Shown here one piece after another: positions 1 to 8,933 of a DNA stretch of 64,000 bases (its first letter is position 1; every line of letters starts with the position of its first letter). Under the pieces are notes generated by a model. That model ran no database searches. It was not told the DNA's origin and worked only from the letters and a program-made list of their open reading frames with translations. The stretch is from an uncultured Phycisphaerales bacterium. Lineage in GTDB: Bacteria > Planctomycetota > Phycisphaerae > Tepidisphaerales > Tepidisphaeraceae. Made by a program: the position numbers and the translations under genes. The stretch lies in the NCBI GenBank assembly GCA_963755915.1, contig CAVWLP010000002.1, forward strand, positions 2,624,001-2,688,000. The letters run 5' to 3'.

Positions 1-6
1 TCACTG

Positions 7-1346
7 ATGGTCGGTTCCGGTTCTCTGGGCCGTTACACACTCAGCGGCAGCGGGTCACTGACAGTGTCCGGGACAGAGGTGGTTGGAAATGGGGCCATGG
101 GGAGCGGCAGATTCGTCCAAACGAGCGGGACGAATAGCGCTTTGGGCGAGCTCTCGGTCGGGGAAAATGGAACGTATGCCCTTTCGGGCGGCGCGTTGAA
201 TTCGGGCACCCTCGGCGTCGAAGGCGGGGGGATATTCAACTGGACGGGGGGCGCACTGTCGGCGGGGTCGATCGATCAGACCGGAGGTACATTCTTCACG
301 TCTGGGCGCTCAACATCGCCGGCAGCGGAGGGGTGGCGGGGTCGTATGTGATCAGCGGTGGGGTTCTCTCCGCCGGCGCTTTGACGGTTTCCAGTGGCGG
401 GACGTTTTTCCTTTCCGGAGGGGCTGTGAATGCGGGTTCTCTGAGCGTCGGGGCTGTGTCGGAATTGGACTGGACTTCGGGCACGCTCGACATCACGGGT
501 TCGCCGCTGACGATCGGGCCGGGCGGAGCGCTGGGGGCGTCGTTGACGCTGGGCGGGGGCCAACTGCTTAGCGTTGCCGAGGGCGTTACGGTTTCTGGAA
601 GTCTTGCCATCGCGGGCGGCGTGCTTGCGGCGCCGCTGACAATCGCTTCCGGCGGAAAAGTGACGATCGCGGCGAATGAAGGCGGGCAGACTTTTTCTTC
701 GCTGAGCATCGCCGGCGGGGGCGTGCTGGATCTGAGCAATAACCACATTTACATTGATTATGGCGCCAGCGACCCGACCGCGACGATAGCCGGTTATATC
801 CGGTCGGGCTACAACGGGGGAAACTGGAACGGCTCGGGGATCATTTCCTCGAGTGCCGGAACCCTGACGGGTGGCCTGCGGTATGGCGTCGGGTGGGCGG
901 ACGGCGCGGACGGTGCGGTTTCGGGATTGTCATCGGGTCAGATCGAATTGAAATATACGCTGCTCGGGGACGCCAATCTTGACGGGGTCGTCAACGGCTC
1001 CGATTTCTCGATCCTGGCGGCGAATTTCGGGCTGGGGAATACCAACTGGGATCAGGGGAATTTCTTTTATGGCTCATCGGTAAATGGGTCGGACTTCACG
1101 GCTCTGGCGGTGAATTTCGGGCAGGGGGATTCGGGGGCGGATGGGACGGTGTCGCAAGCGGACATTGCGGCGCTGGATGCGTTTGCGGGGGCGAATGGGT
1201 TGGGGTTGCCGACGATTTCTGTTGTGCCGGAGCCTGGATCGTTGGGGTTCATCGTGGTTGGCGGGTTGACATTTCTGCGACGGCGGCGGGTCGGGGATGC
1301 GCCCCGCGGTTCGACTGAGCTCACCGAAATCAAGCGGGGCCGCTAA
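7..1346 (+). CDS. PEP-CTERM surface protein with Gly/Thr/Ser-rich beta-repeats and dockerin-like C-terminal module (5' end probably outside window; frameshift near 300-340)
   Basis: ORFs 7..351 and 333..1346 join; GDANLDGVVNGSDFSILAANFG dockerin-like loop; VPEP + hydrophobic helix + RRRR tail. Confidence 0.85.
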
Positions 1347-1348
1347 AC
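1296..1348. repeat. REP-like hairpin (GCCCCGC^AAGCGGGGCCGCTAAAC) interrupted by a 24-nt element at 1308-1331
   Basis: Insert is the reverse complement of GACTTCGGCGAGCTCAGTCGAGCC (3 mismatches); flanks resemble the uninterrupted REP at 54172-54199. Confidence 0.75.
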
Positions 1349-1399
1349 TTGGGGATCGAGGGCTGGTCGGGGCGACCGCAGTACGCGGGCGGAGAGATC

Positions 1400-2185
1400 T
1401 CAAGGCTGTGGGTCGGTGGGGCTATCCTGACCACCGGCGAGAAATTTGGAGACCAATTCGCTGCGGCCGCTGACGCCGAAACGGCGATAAATTTCTTTCA
1501 TGTGATCGTTGACGGTGTGGCCGGAAAGGGAAAGACTGCGTGCGATCTGCTTTATGCCTTCGCCGGTGAGCAAGCGGAGAAGGACCTGGCGTTGGCGGGG
1601 GGAGAGTTTGTTGACGTGCTCGGAAGCGGGGATGTTGGTTCCCTCGCGATGGAGCCAGTCGATTTCTTCCGTTATGACATGGAGGATGCAGACATCGCGC
1701 GGGGTGAACATGGGCCGATCGAGGCGGCGAAGGAGAGCGATTGTGCTGAAGTAACGGTCTCCAAACGGATATGATGAACTTATCCAGTCCCCCAGATCCG
1801 CCTTGGCGTAATAATTCTGAAAAAGTTCGGAAGCAAACCACTCGGAGTCGGGAAAAATATCCGCGCGCTTTCGGGTGCGGTGGATCTCGGAACCTATTCT
1901 CATCGCTGCGTTGAAATCCTTGGCCGCGGGAGTCGTCGTCGCCTCGGCGTATAGCATTAGCTGCGCTTCGCTGGTCCATCCCCCCTCGATAAATGCAAAG
2001 CACATGGGAATTCCGTCCTTGGCGTTATCGTGGAAATGGACCCATACCCAAAAATCGGCCTCCATCAGCTTGGCCATGCCTTCAAGCAAGAATCGGCGCT
2101 TGCCGGGAGTGTCGGTTTCCAAAACCGCAACGTCACCGAGCAATCGGACGATTTTGCGAACATCTCGAACAGTCAGGTGTTCCAT
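1400..2185 (-). CDS. LuxR-type HTH transcriptional regulator with N-terminal sensor domain (paralog 1)
   Basis: C-terminal LSPRQRQVLLRLLTGEGIKQIARSLSLSGHTVNDHMKEIYRRFGV; start set at MEHL by alignment with the paralog. Confidence 0.88.
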   Translation of the reverse strand: MEHLTVRDVRKIVRLLGDVAVLETDTPGKRRFLLEGMAKLMEADFWVWVHFHDNAKDGIPMCFAFIEGGWTSEAQLMLYAEATTTPAAKDFNAAMRIGSEIHRTRKRADIFPDSEWFASELFQNYYAKADLGDWISSSYPFGDRYFSTIALLRRLDRPMFTPRDVCILHVITEEIDWLHREGTNIPASEHVNKLSPRQRQVLLRLLTGEGIKQIARSLSLSGHTVNDHMKEIYRRFGVSGRSELVSKFLAGGQDSPTDPQP

Positions 2186-2202
2186 AAGTCGCTGGGTGCA
2201 TC

Positions 2203-2988
2203 TCAAGGCCGCGCATCGATTGGGCGATCCTGTCCACCGGCGAGAAATTTCGAAACCAATTCGCTGCGCCCGCTGACGCCGAATCGGCGGTAGATTTCCT
2301 TCATATGATCGTTGACGGTGTGGTTGGAAAGGGAAAGCCTGCGGGCAATCTCTTTTATGCCCTCCCCCGCCAGCAACCTCAAAAGAACTTGGCGCTGTCG
2401 GGGAGACAATTTGTTCACATGCTCTGAAGCGGGAATATTGGTCCCTTCGCGGTGGAGCCAGTCAATTTCTTCGGTTAAAACATGTACGATGCAGACATCG
2501 CGCGGGGTGAACATCGGCCTATCGAGTTGCCGAAGCAGCATGATTGAGCTGAAGTAACTGTCTCCAAGTGGATAGGTGGAACTTATCCAGTCGCCGAGAT
2601 CGGCCTTGGCATAATAATTATGGAAAAGTTCGGACGAAAACCACTCGGAGTCGGGAAGAATATCGACTCGCTTTCGGGTGCGGTGGAGTTCGCAACCTAT
2701 TCGATGCGCTTCGTTGTAACGCTTGGCAACGGGAGTTGTCGTGGCCTCGGCGAATAACATTCGCTGCGCTTCGCTGGCCCATCCCCCCTCAATAAATGCG
2801 AAGCCCATGGGAATTCCGTCCTTGGCGTTATCCTGGAAATGGATCCATGCCCATATATCGGCCTCGACCATCCTGGCCATGCCTTCGAGGAGGAATCGCC
2901 GCTTGCCTGCGGTGTCGGTTTCCAAGACGGCAACTTCACCGAGCAATCGGACGATTTTGCGAACATCCTTAACGGCGAGGTATTCCAT
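2203..2988 (-). CDS. LuxR-type HTH transcriptional regulator (paralog 2)
   Basis: Same LuxR HTH; 261 aa, colinear with paralog 1. Confidence 0.88.
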   Translation of the reverse strand: MEYLAVKDVRKIVRLLGEVAVLETDTAGKRRFLLEGMARMVEADIWAWIHFQDNAKDGIPMGFAFIEGGWASEAQRMLFAEATTTPVAKRYNEAHRIGCELHRTRKRVDILPDSEWFSSELFHNYYAKADLGDWISSTYPLGDSYFSSIMLLRQLDRPMFTPRDVCIVHVLTEEIDWLHREGTNIPASEHVNKLSPRQRQVLLRLLAGEGIKEIARRLSLSNHTVNDHMKEIYRRFGVSGRSELVSKFLAGGQDRPIDARP

Positions 2989-2997
2989 GAGCAGGGA

Positions 2998-3804
2998 TCA
3001 AAAATAATAGTAATAGGCGAATACACCGGGAATCGAGCACGCGTAAGCGGCGGAAGTGGTTACGACGTTGGCGTTGAGGTTTACATCGGCGCTGTTGACG
3101 GTGTCAACGCTTCCATCGCTCCAGGCGCGGTTCTGGCAGCTCCAGGGTTGATAGGTGTTGCTGGTGCCGTTGCTGGAATTGAAGTTGACGCCGCCGGACA
3201 TGTGAAAGAACGAATATCCGAGTGGGGCGTTGCCGCTGGTTGAGTACATGAGGGTATCGGCCCAGAGGACGCCGCGGTGTTTTCCCCTGAGGTCGGCGAT
3301 ATCGGAGGCCCTCAAGACAGTGCCGGTGAGGTTGCCGGATTCGTTGACGCGTGCGCAGTAGGCGTAGCCGGTGATCCAATAGTTAAATCCGGCAATAGTC
3401 TGGGGCTGTTGGAAAAGGTCGATTTGGGCGCGAAATGGGCAGACGAAAAGCTTGGGCAATTGAGTTGTAAGCTCGGTTCCGGTGAAGGTTGGGGTCCGCA
3501 AATAGGGGGAAATCTCGTTGAGCAGGCTGGCAGAGATTCCGGAGGGAACATCGCCTTCCACGGGGGCAAGATAGAGTGGGTCAGGATAGGCGTGCTGCTC
3601 GTTGAGATACATCTGGCAGGCGTTGCCGAGCTGGCGGAGCTGATTAGCGCATTCGATATTGACGGCAGTCGCGCGACTCTTTTGCAACGCGGGTAACAAT
3701 ATTCCAACGAGTACGGCAATGATTCCAATGACAACGAGAAGTTCGACGAGGGTAAAGCCAGACGGCGGGGTGCGCGAACTGCCGGCAACTATATAAGTAT
3801 TCAT
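2998..3804 (-). CDS. Prepilin-type N-terminal cleavage/methylation domain protein (DUF1559-like)
   Basis: [29 protein letters not shown]...CANQLRQLG...Y; C-terminal NRAWSDGSV. Confidence 0.9.
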   Translation of the reverse strand: MNTYIVAGSSRTPPSGFTLVELLVVIGIIAVLVGILLPALQKSRATAVNIECANQLRQLGNACQMYLNEQHAYPDPLYLAPVEGDVPSGISASLLNEISPYLRTPTFTGTELTTQLPKLFVCPFRAQIDLFQQPQTIAGFNYWITGYAYCARVNESGNLTGTVLRASDIADLRGKHRGVLWADTLMYSTSGNAPLGYSFFHMSGGVNFNSSNGTSNTYQPWSCQNRAWSDGSVDTVNSADVNLNANVVTTSAAYACSIPGVFAYYYYF

Positions 3805-4179
3805 CTCCGCACCCTTTTTGCCACGTTGGCCGAGGTGATCTGGCCGAGTTATGCCCGAAGAGGCATGGCGCACCAAGGCAGGTGAGAATAAGCGACTAGG
3901 GGCAATAATTCAATATTTTTGTGGTTGGGGCGGAAGATGATTTGGCGATTTCAAATAAAAAAACGTAGGAAAAGCCACATATGGAAACGGGAATCATCGC
4001 GGTGTTAAGCACGCGAGGGTCGCCAGTTATGGCCGCGATGTGTGTTACCCCCCCTAAAACAAGGGGGATTTTCGGTGGAGACGCAATTCTGTAAGGTCCG
4101 GACTCTGATGGGGAAATTCGAATCGAGGCGGGCCTGCGCGAGGCAGATTCGCTTTGTTTCAAACGGAAGGGAGAGCGAT

Positions 4180-4941
4180 ATGCGACGGATTAAATCAGGA
4201 TTGTTGGCCGCAAGTCTTCTTTTGGCGTTTGGCGGTCAGTGGGTTCGGGGGGGCACTGACTACAACATCAATTCGGGGGACGTCTTTGCGCAGGTGAGCG
4301 TCGGCGGAAGCCCGACCGGCCAGTCATCGGATGCGTCATCCGGCGCGGCCAATGTGACGGCCGCTGCCGGAAACGCAACCGCGACGACGACCCTCACTTC
4401 GACGGCGACGTCGATTTCGATCAGCAAGAGCGATACGCGGGATGGCACGGCGGGGGACTATTCCCAGTCGCAGTTGGGGCTTTACTTCACGCCAACTCAA
4501 AACCTGGAGTATTCGATCAGCGGTTCGTATTCATTCGATTCATCTTCGTATGTAAATCCTGATTCTCAAGCGACTTATAATGTGTTCCTGACTCAGAGCG
4601 GCAACCCGCTTTATTCCGGCGAGATCACAAATTCTCACACGACACCTTTAAGCCTGACCAGCAACGTCCCTCTTACGGGCAGTCTGACTGGGCTTCTGCA
4701 GGCGGGGGTTGAGTACGAGTATTCCGTGACTTCGAACATCGCCGCCCCCAGCGGCAACGATAGTGGGGATATCGCGACGGGGAACGACAGCATTTCATTC
4801 ACGCCGGTGCCCGAGCCGGGCTCGTTGTCCGTGCTGGGGATGGGGGCTTTCGCTCTCGTGCGACGTCGGAGTCGCTCGTGCGCGTTCGCCAATCGTTCGG
4901 TCGAGCCCCTTTTTTTGCCGTTGGGCAAAGACAGGATTTGA
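4180..4941 (+). CDS. PEP-CTERM protein, Ser/Thr-rich
   Basis: Signal peptide MRRIKSGLLAASLLLAF; VPEPGSLSVLGMGAFALVRRR; GGGAGAG RBS. Confidence 0.88.
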   Translation: MRRIKSGLLAASLLLAFGGQWVRGGTDYNINSGDVFAQVSVGGSPTGQSSDASSGAANVTAAAGNATATTTLTSTATSISISKSDTRDGTAGDYSQSQLGLYFTPTQNLEYSISGSYSFDSSSYVNPDSQATYNVFLTQSGNPLYSGEITNSHTTPLSLTSNVPLTGSLTGLLQAGVEYEYSVTSNIAAPSGNDSGDIATGNDSISFTPVPEPGSLSVLGMGAFALVRRRSRSCAFANRSVEPLFLPLGKDRI

Positions 4942-4942
4942 A

Positions 4943-5912
4943 GTGAAACCGAATCTGAAATCGATCAAATGGGCAATGCGGGCTTTGGTGATTATGGCCG
5001 CTTCATGCCTGCCGCTCACGAGCGGGTAACGTTTCCGCCGCCATCACAATCGCGACTGTGCCCGTCGGCAACGCGGGTAATGCAGCCGATTCCAGCAATT
5101 TTGGGTCGGTGAGTTACGCATACAACATCGGCGAGTACGATGTGACGGTCAGTCAGTACACGGCGTTTCTCAACGCCGTGGCTCAGACCGATACCTACAG
5201 CCTTTACGACTCAAGCATGGCGGGCACCACGCTTGGTGATCCCGGCATCGCTCAGAACGGTTCTTCAGGAAGCTATAGCTACAGTGTCGCTGCCGGACGT
5301 GGAAATCACCCGGTCACAGATGTGACCTTTTGGGATGCTCTGCGTTTTTCCAACTGGCTCGACAACGGCCAGCCGAACGGAGCCGAGGGCCCGGGCACGA
5401 CCGAGACCGGAGCGTATACGCTGACCTCCACTGCCATCGCCAACAACACAGTGACTCGCAACGCGGGCGCGACGTGGGCTCTCACTAGCGAGAATGAGTG
5501 GTACAAAGCTGCCTACTACGATCCAGCCAATGGTACTTACTCCCTCTACCCAACCCAGAGTAGTACGATTTCGACCTCGCAGGCCAATTATGGTTACTCC
5601 GTAGGGGATACAACCCCCGTGGGGTCCTATGCCTATCCAAGCTACTACGGCACTTACGATCAAGGAGGCAACGTCTGGCAGTGGACCGAATCAATATATT
5701 CCGGTTCGTATCGCGTGATGCGGGGCGGGTCGTTCGTTGACAACGACTACGACATGCAGTCCGGCTATGTCTTCAACTGGCCCGCGTCGGAAGACGACTT
5801 CAGCTTTGGGTTTCGAGTCGTCGAGGTCCCCGAGCCGGCCTCGCTGTGCATCCTGATAAGCGCCCCGGGTCTGATGATGATCCGAAGACGCAGCAACAAG
5901 GGGCTTCCATGA
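4943..5912 (+). CDS. FGE-sulfatase (SUMF1-like) domain PEP-CTERM protein (frameshift near 5027)
   Basis: IGEYDVTVSQY, HPVTDVTFWDA, SENEWYKAA, GTYDQGGNVWQW, RGGSF, GFRV, VPEP; signal peptide in another frame from GTG 4943. Confidence 0.85.
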
Positions 5913-6007
5913 ATTTCTATCATCGCGGCGCGAGAATTCGTGCTCATTACCACCGATCGCGCCGGTGCCTGAAGCGGGTGTTCTTAACGGAAATCGGAGA
6001 ACAAAAT

Positions 6008-6687
6008 TGACACGTAATATTCGCTGCATTTCACCGCTGGCGTTGGCTGGTCTTGGTCTGGCTGTTGTCGCCGCCCCAATTCAAGCTGCGGTCACGATCT
6101 ATAGCGATCTTCCGACCTTTCAGGCTGCATCTGACACGACGGTGGTCGTAAACTTCAACGCGTTTCCAGCGTTCTACACAAATTATTACATCCCGCCCAA
6201 TGCGCCTTACATCGAGGGAGGCGTGACCTTTACTCCCGTGGACTCGCTTCCGTTCGCTCCCAATCTTTATGTTGAAACGCCATCGCTTCCGGCGACCAGC
6301 GGGCTGGCTGTTGCAAACACGGAGAATGTTTTGACTGCCAGCGGAAACGAGCATTTCGATTTTACATTTTCGGCCTCGCCGACGGCTATCGGCTTTGACA
6401 CCTTCACCAATGACGCGGCGCCGCCAGTTGTCACGATTTATGACACGACCGATGACGTGCTGGCGACGATAAACCTTTCCCAGGCCCCCGATTCTCAAGG
6501 CTTTTTCGGCGTTACCTCAACGGTTCCGATCGGCAAGATAGATTGGCTGGCCACTGACGGACAAAACGTAAATACGGGGGTGGCGGATTTCCGCGTTGGA
6601 ACGGTTCCAGAACCCACTTCTCTATCCCTATTAGGTCTGGGAGCTGGCGCTCTCTTAAGTCGTCGTCGCCGTCACTCTTCCCAATAA
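6008..6687 (+). CDS. PEP-CTERM protein
   Basis: Signal peptide, GFFGVTS, VPEPTSLSLLGLGAGALLSRRRR; start uncertain (5965 or TTG 6008). Confidence 0.85.
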
Positions 6688-6798
6688 ATCTTGACCCCAT
6701 ATGAGGCGATCTCTCGCATTGACGACAACAACCGGAAACATGGCGCTATGAGACATCACTCAACCTACCTCGATCAAAACCCTTAAAAGGAGGCTTCT

Positions 6799-7416
6799 AT
6801 GCGGACTTATCATCGACCTGCAAAAGCTTTGCTCGGCGTTGTTGCGGTACTTATTTCCGTGGGGACGGCGCTGGCGGGCGAGCAAAATGGTGGCGCGGGG
6901 GGCGGGGGTCAGGTGCTTCCGGCGGTGCCCATTGTGCTGCAAATCGCGGCGGAGTTGACCGCTGTCTTTAACACCGGGTTGTCTGTTGGGCTGACTCCTC
7001 CAGCGCCGGACGTGCCGTTTCATGTATTGGTCTCCGACGCGACGGTAGATCGCGGGACCATTCTGTATGTGCCGATCTTTTTCGCGGACGACTCGGGCGG
7101 CGCTCCGGCGGGTTTTCCGAGGAATGTGTACGACCTGCGGGCGGATGCGGACTATCTTCTGGGCTACGTTCTGGCGAACTATGGGGTGACGGCGTTTGTG
7201 GTGCAGGTTGACGGGGTGACGACCGTTCTGGGGTCGGACTATATCGTGGGGACCAAGACACCGCCGCTGCTGGACGGGACGCCGGGGGGGACCAATTACA
7301 TTACGTCGGCCGTTTTTCTGGCGCCGTTGACGGGGGGAACGCATACGGTGGGCATCGGGGGGATCATCAGCGGTGAGCCGGTGGTTTTTGATTCGTATAG
7401 CGTGACCGTTAAGTAA
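6799..7416 (+). CDS. Secreted hypothetical protein
   Basis: AGGAGG RBS; signal peptide ending ALA; no PEP-CTERM tail. Confidence 0.75.
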   Translation: MRTYHRPAKALLGVVAVLISVGTALAGEQNGGAGGGGQVLPAVPIVLQIAAELTAVFNTGLSVGLTPPAPDVPFHVLVSDATVDRGTILYVPIFFADDSGGAPAGFPRNVYDLRADADYLLGYVLANYGVTAFVVQVDGVTTVLGSDYIVGTKTPPLLDGTPGGTNYITSAVFLAPLTGGTHTVGIGGIISGEPVVFDSYSVTVK

Positions 7417-7666
7417 TCGCCGGAATGAACTAAAGGAGACGTGAACCTATTACAGCAGTTGTGCCTGCATTTGGAGCGGAAATGCTCGCGTCGCCTTTAC
7501 ATCTTCCGTCGTCTTTTGGTCCTCTTCACGGCCCCCATGGCGCGACCGGGATTGTCCCCGGCCGCCATGGGGATTTTATTGACCGACAATTCGCTGGAGC
7601 TGAGGTTCGCTCTGGAAACTCTGCGCTACAAAAGAACAGAAAATTCACAAGCAAAAGGAGCAAACA

Positions 7667-8923
7667 ATGCGTACTTTGAAATCTGCCAGGCTCACGACAG
7701 GCGTGCTTTTTTCCCTCTGTCTTTACAGGGGTTCAGCTTCCTTCGCGCAGCTTTACACCCTAGGGTCGGGCAGCATCTTCGCTCAGGAAGAAATCGGCGG
7801 AAATACAACCCTCGACACGGCCAGCGTCTCCTCCGGCTCGGCTTCCGTCACCACCAACACGCCAAGTGATTTCGCCTCCACCGGCTTCACCGCTTCCACG
7901 AACGGTCTGTCACTTGGCGTGAGCGGCACCCGGGACGGAACTTCGGGCGACTATTCGGAGTCGCAGTGGGGTGTCTATTTCACCCCCACCGAGAACCTCA
8001 GCTACACGATCAACGGCACGTACAACGCCTCGACTTCCCCCGTAACATACAACACGTTCCTCACCCAGGGGGGCAACAATCTCTTCGAAGGCAACATCAC
8101 CACCGCCTCCGGCCAGCAAAATCTGAACCTCGACTCCAACGTCTCCATCATCCAGGGCTCACTCACCGGGACTCTGCTCGCGGGCGTGCAGTACGATTAT
8201 TCCGGCACGTCCGAGATCACTTCGAATGGCGACAGCGGCGCGAGCGCGGCTGGAAACGAGAGCATTTCATTTGCCCCGCTCTCTCCGCCGCAGGGGCAGA
8301 CGTTGCCCGCGGCGTTGAATTACAAAATCGTCGGCGCACCGATCGTGGCGGGAGGCGGGCCGGCGGTCCCAGATCCTGGCATCGATGTCAGCCTCAACCC
8401 GCAGCCGCTTCCGCCTTTCCCAGACCCCGGGGCGACGCTGAGCCTCGTCAACCCCGGCGATCCGGTTCTGACGGATCCGGCGGTGGCTTCCAGCTACGTC
8501 CTCGACTTCGGCATGGACGCCGGGGGCGCTGTTTCCTTCAACGTCCCTAATCCCTCGGACCCCAACGACATCAGCTTCACCGCGACCGGACCGGGCGGCG
8601 ACCCGTACACCGTCAGCCTCCAAATCGGGGGTGGCGTCGTCAACCCCGGTTCTTTCGTCGAGCTAAATCCGCAGCCGCTCCCGCCGTTTCCCGACCCCGG
8701 CTACAGCTTCGTCGAATTCCAATTCAGCTTTGAACAAGCCGAAGATCCCACGCTCGCCTTTCAGGTCAGCAGCGGAAACACTGATTTTGGATTCGCGGCG
8801 GTGCCAGAGCCAGCTTCCGTCACATTGATTGGTGCACCCATGCTTGGGCTGCTGATGCGCAGGCGGCGCACGGCGGACCGTTTTTCGTCGAACCCAAGGT
8901 TTCAAGCCACAGGAACTCTTTGA
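7667..8923 (+). CDS. Two-domain PEP-CTERM protein with duplicated LNPQPLPPFPDPG motif
   Basis: AGGAG RBS; N-domain paralogous to the 4180 protein; VPEPAS...RRRR. Confidence 0.88.
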   Translation: MRTLKSARLTTGVLFSLCLYRGSASFAQLYTLGSGSIFAQEEIGGNTTLDTASVSSGSASVTTNTPSDFASTGFTASTNGLSLGVSGTRDGTSGDYSESQWGVYFTPTENLSYTINGTYNASTSPVTYNTFLTQGGNNLFEGNITTASGQQNLNLDSNVSIIQGSLTGTLLAGVQYDYSGTSEITSNGDSGASAAGNESISFAPLSPPQGQTLPAALNYKIVGAPIVAGGGPAVPDPGIDVSLNPQPLPPFPDPGATLSLVNPGDPVLTDPAVASSYVLDFGMDAGGAVSFNVPNPSDPNDISFTATGPGGDPYTVSLQIGGGVVNPGSFVELNPQPLPPFPDPGYSFVEFQFSFEQAEDPTLAFQVSSGNTDFGFAAVPEPASVTLIGAPMLGLLMRRRRTADRFSSNPRFQATGTL

Positions 8924-8933
8924 AAGGACCAAT

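Noticed and set aside
7441-7660. ORF or regulator remnant between PEP-CTERM genes
   Set aside because: Only a vague ELRFALE similarity; it overlaps the next gene and no domain can be supported.
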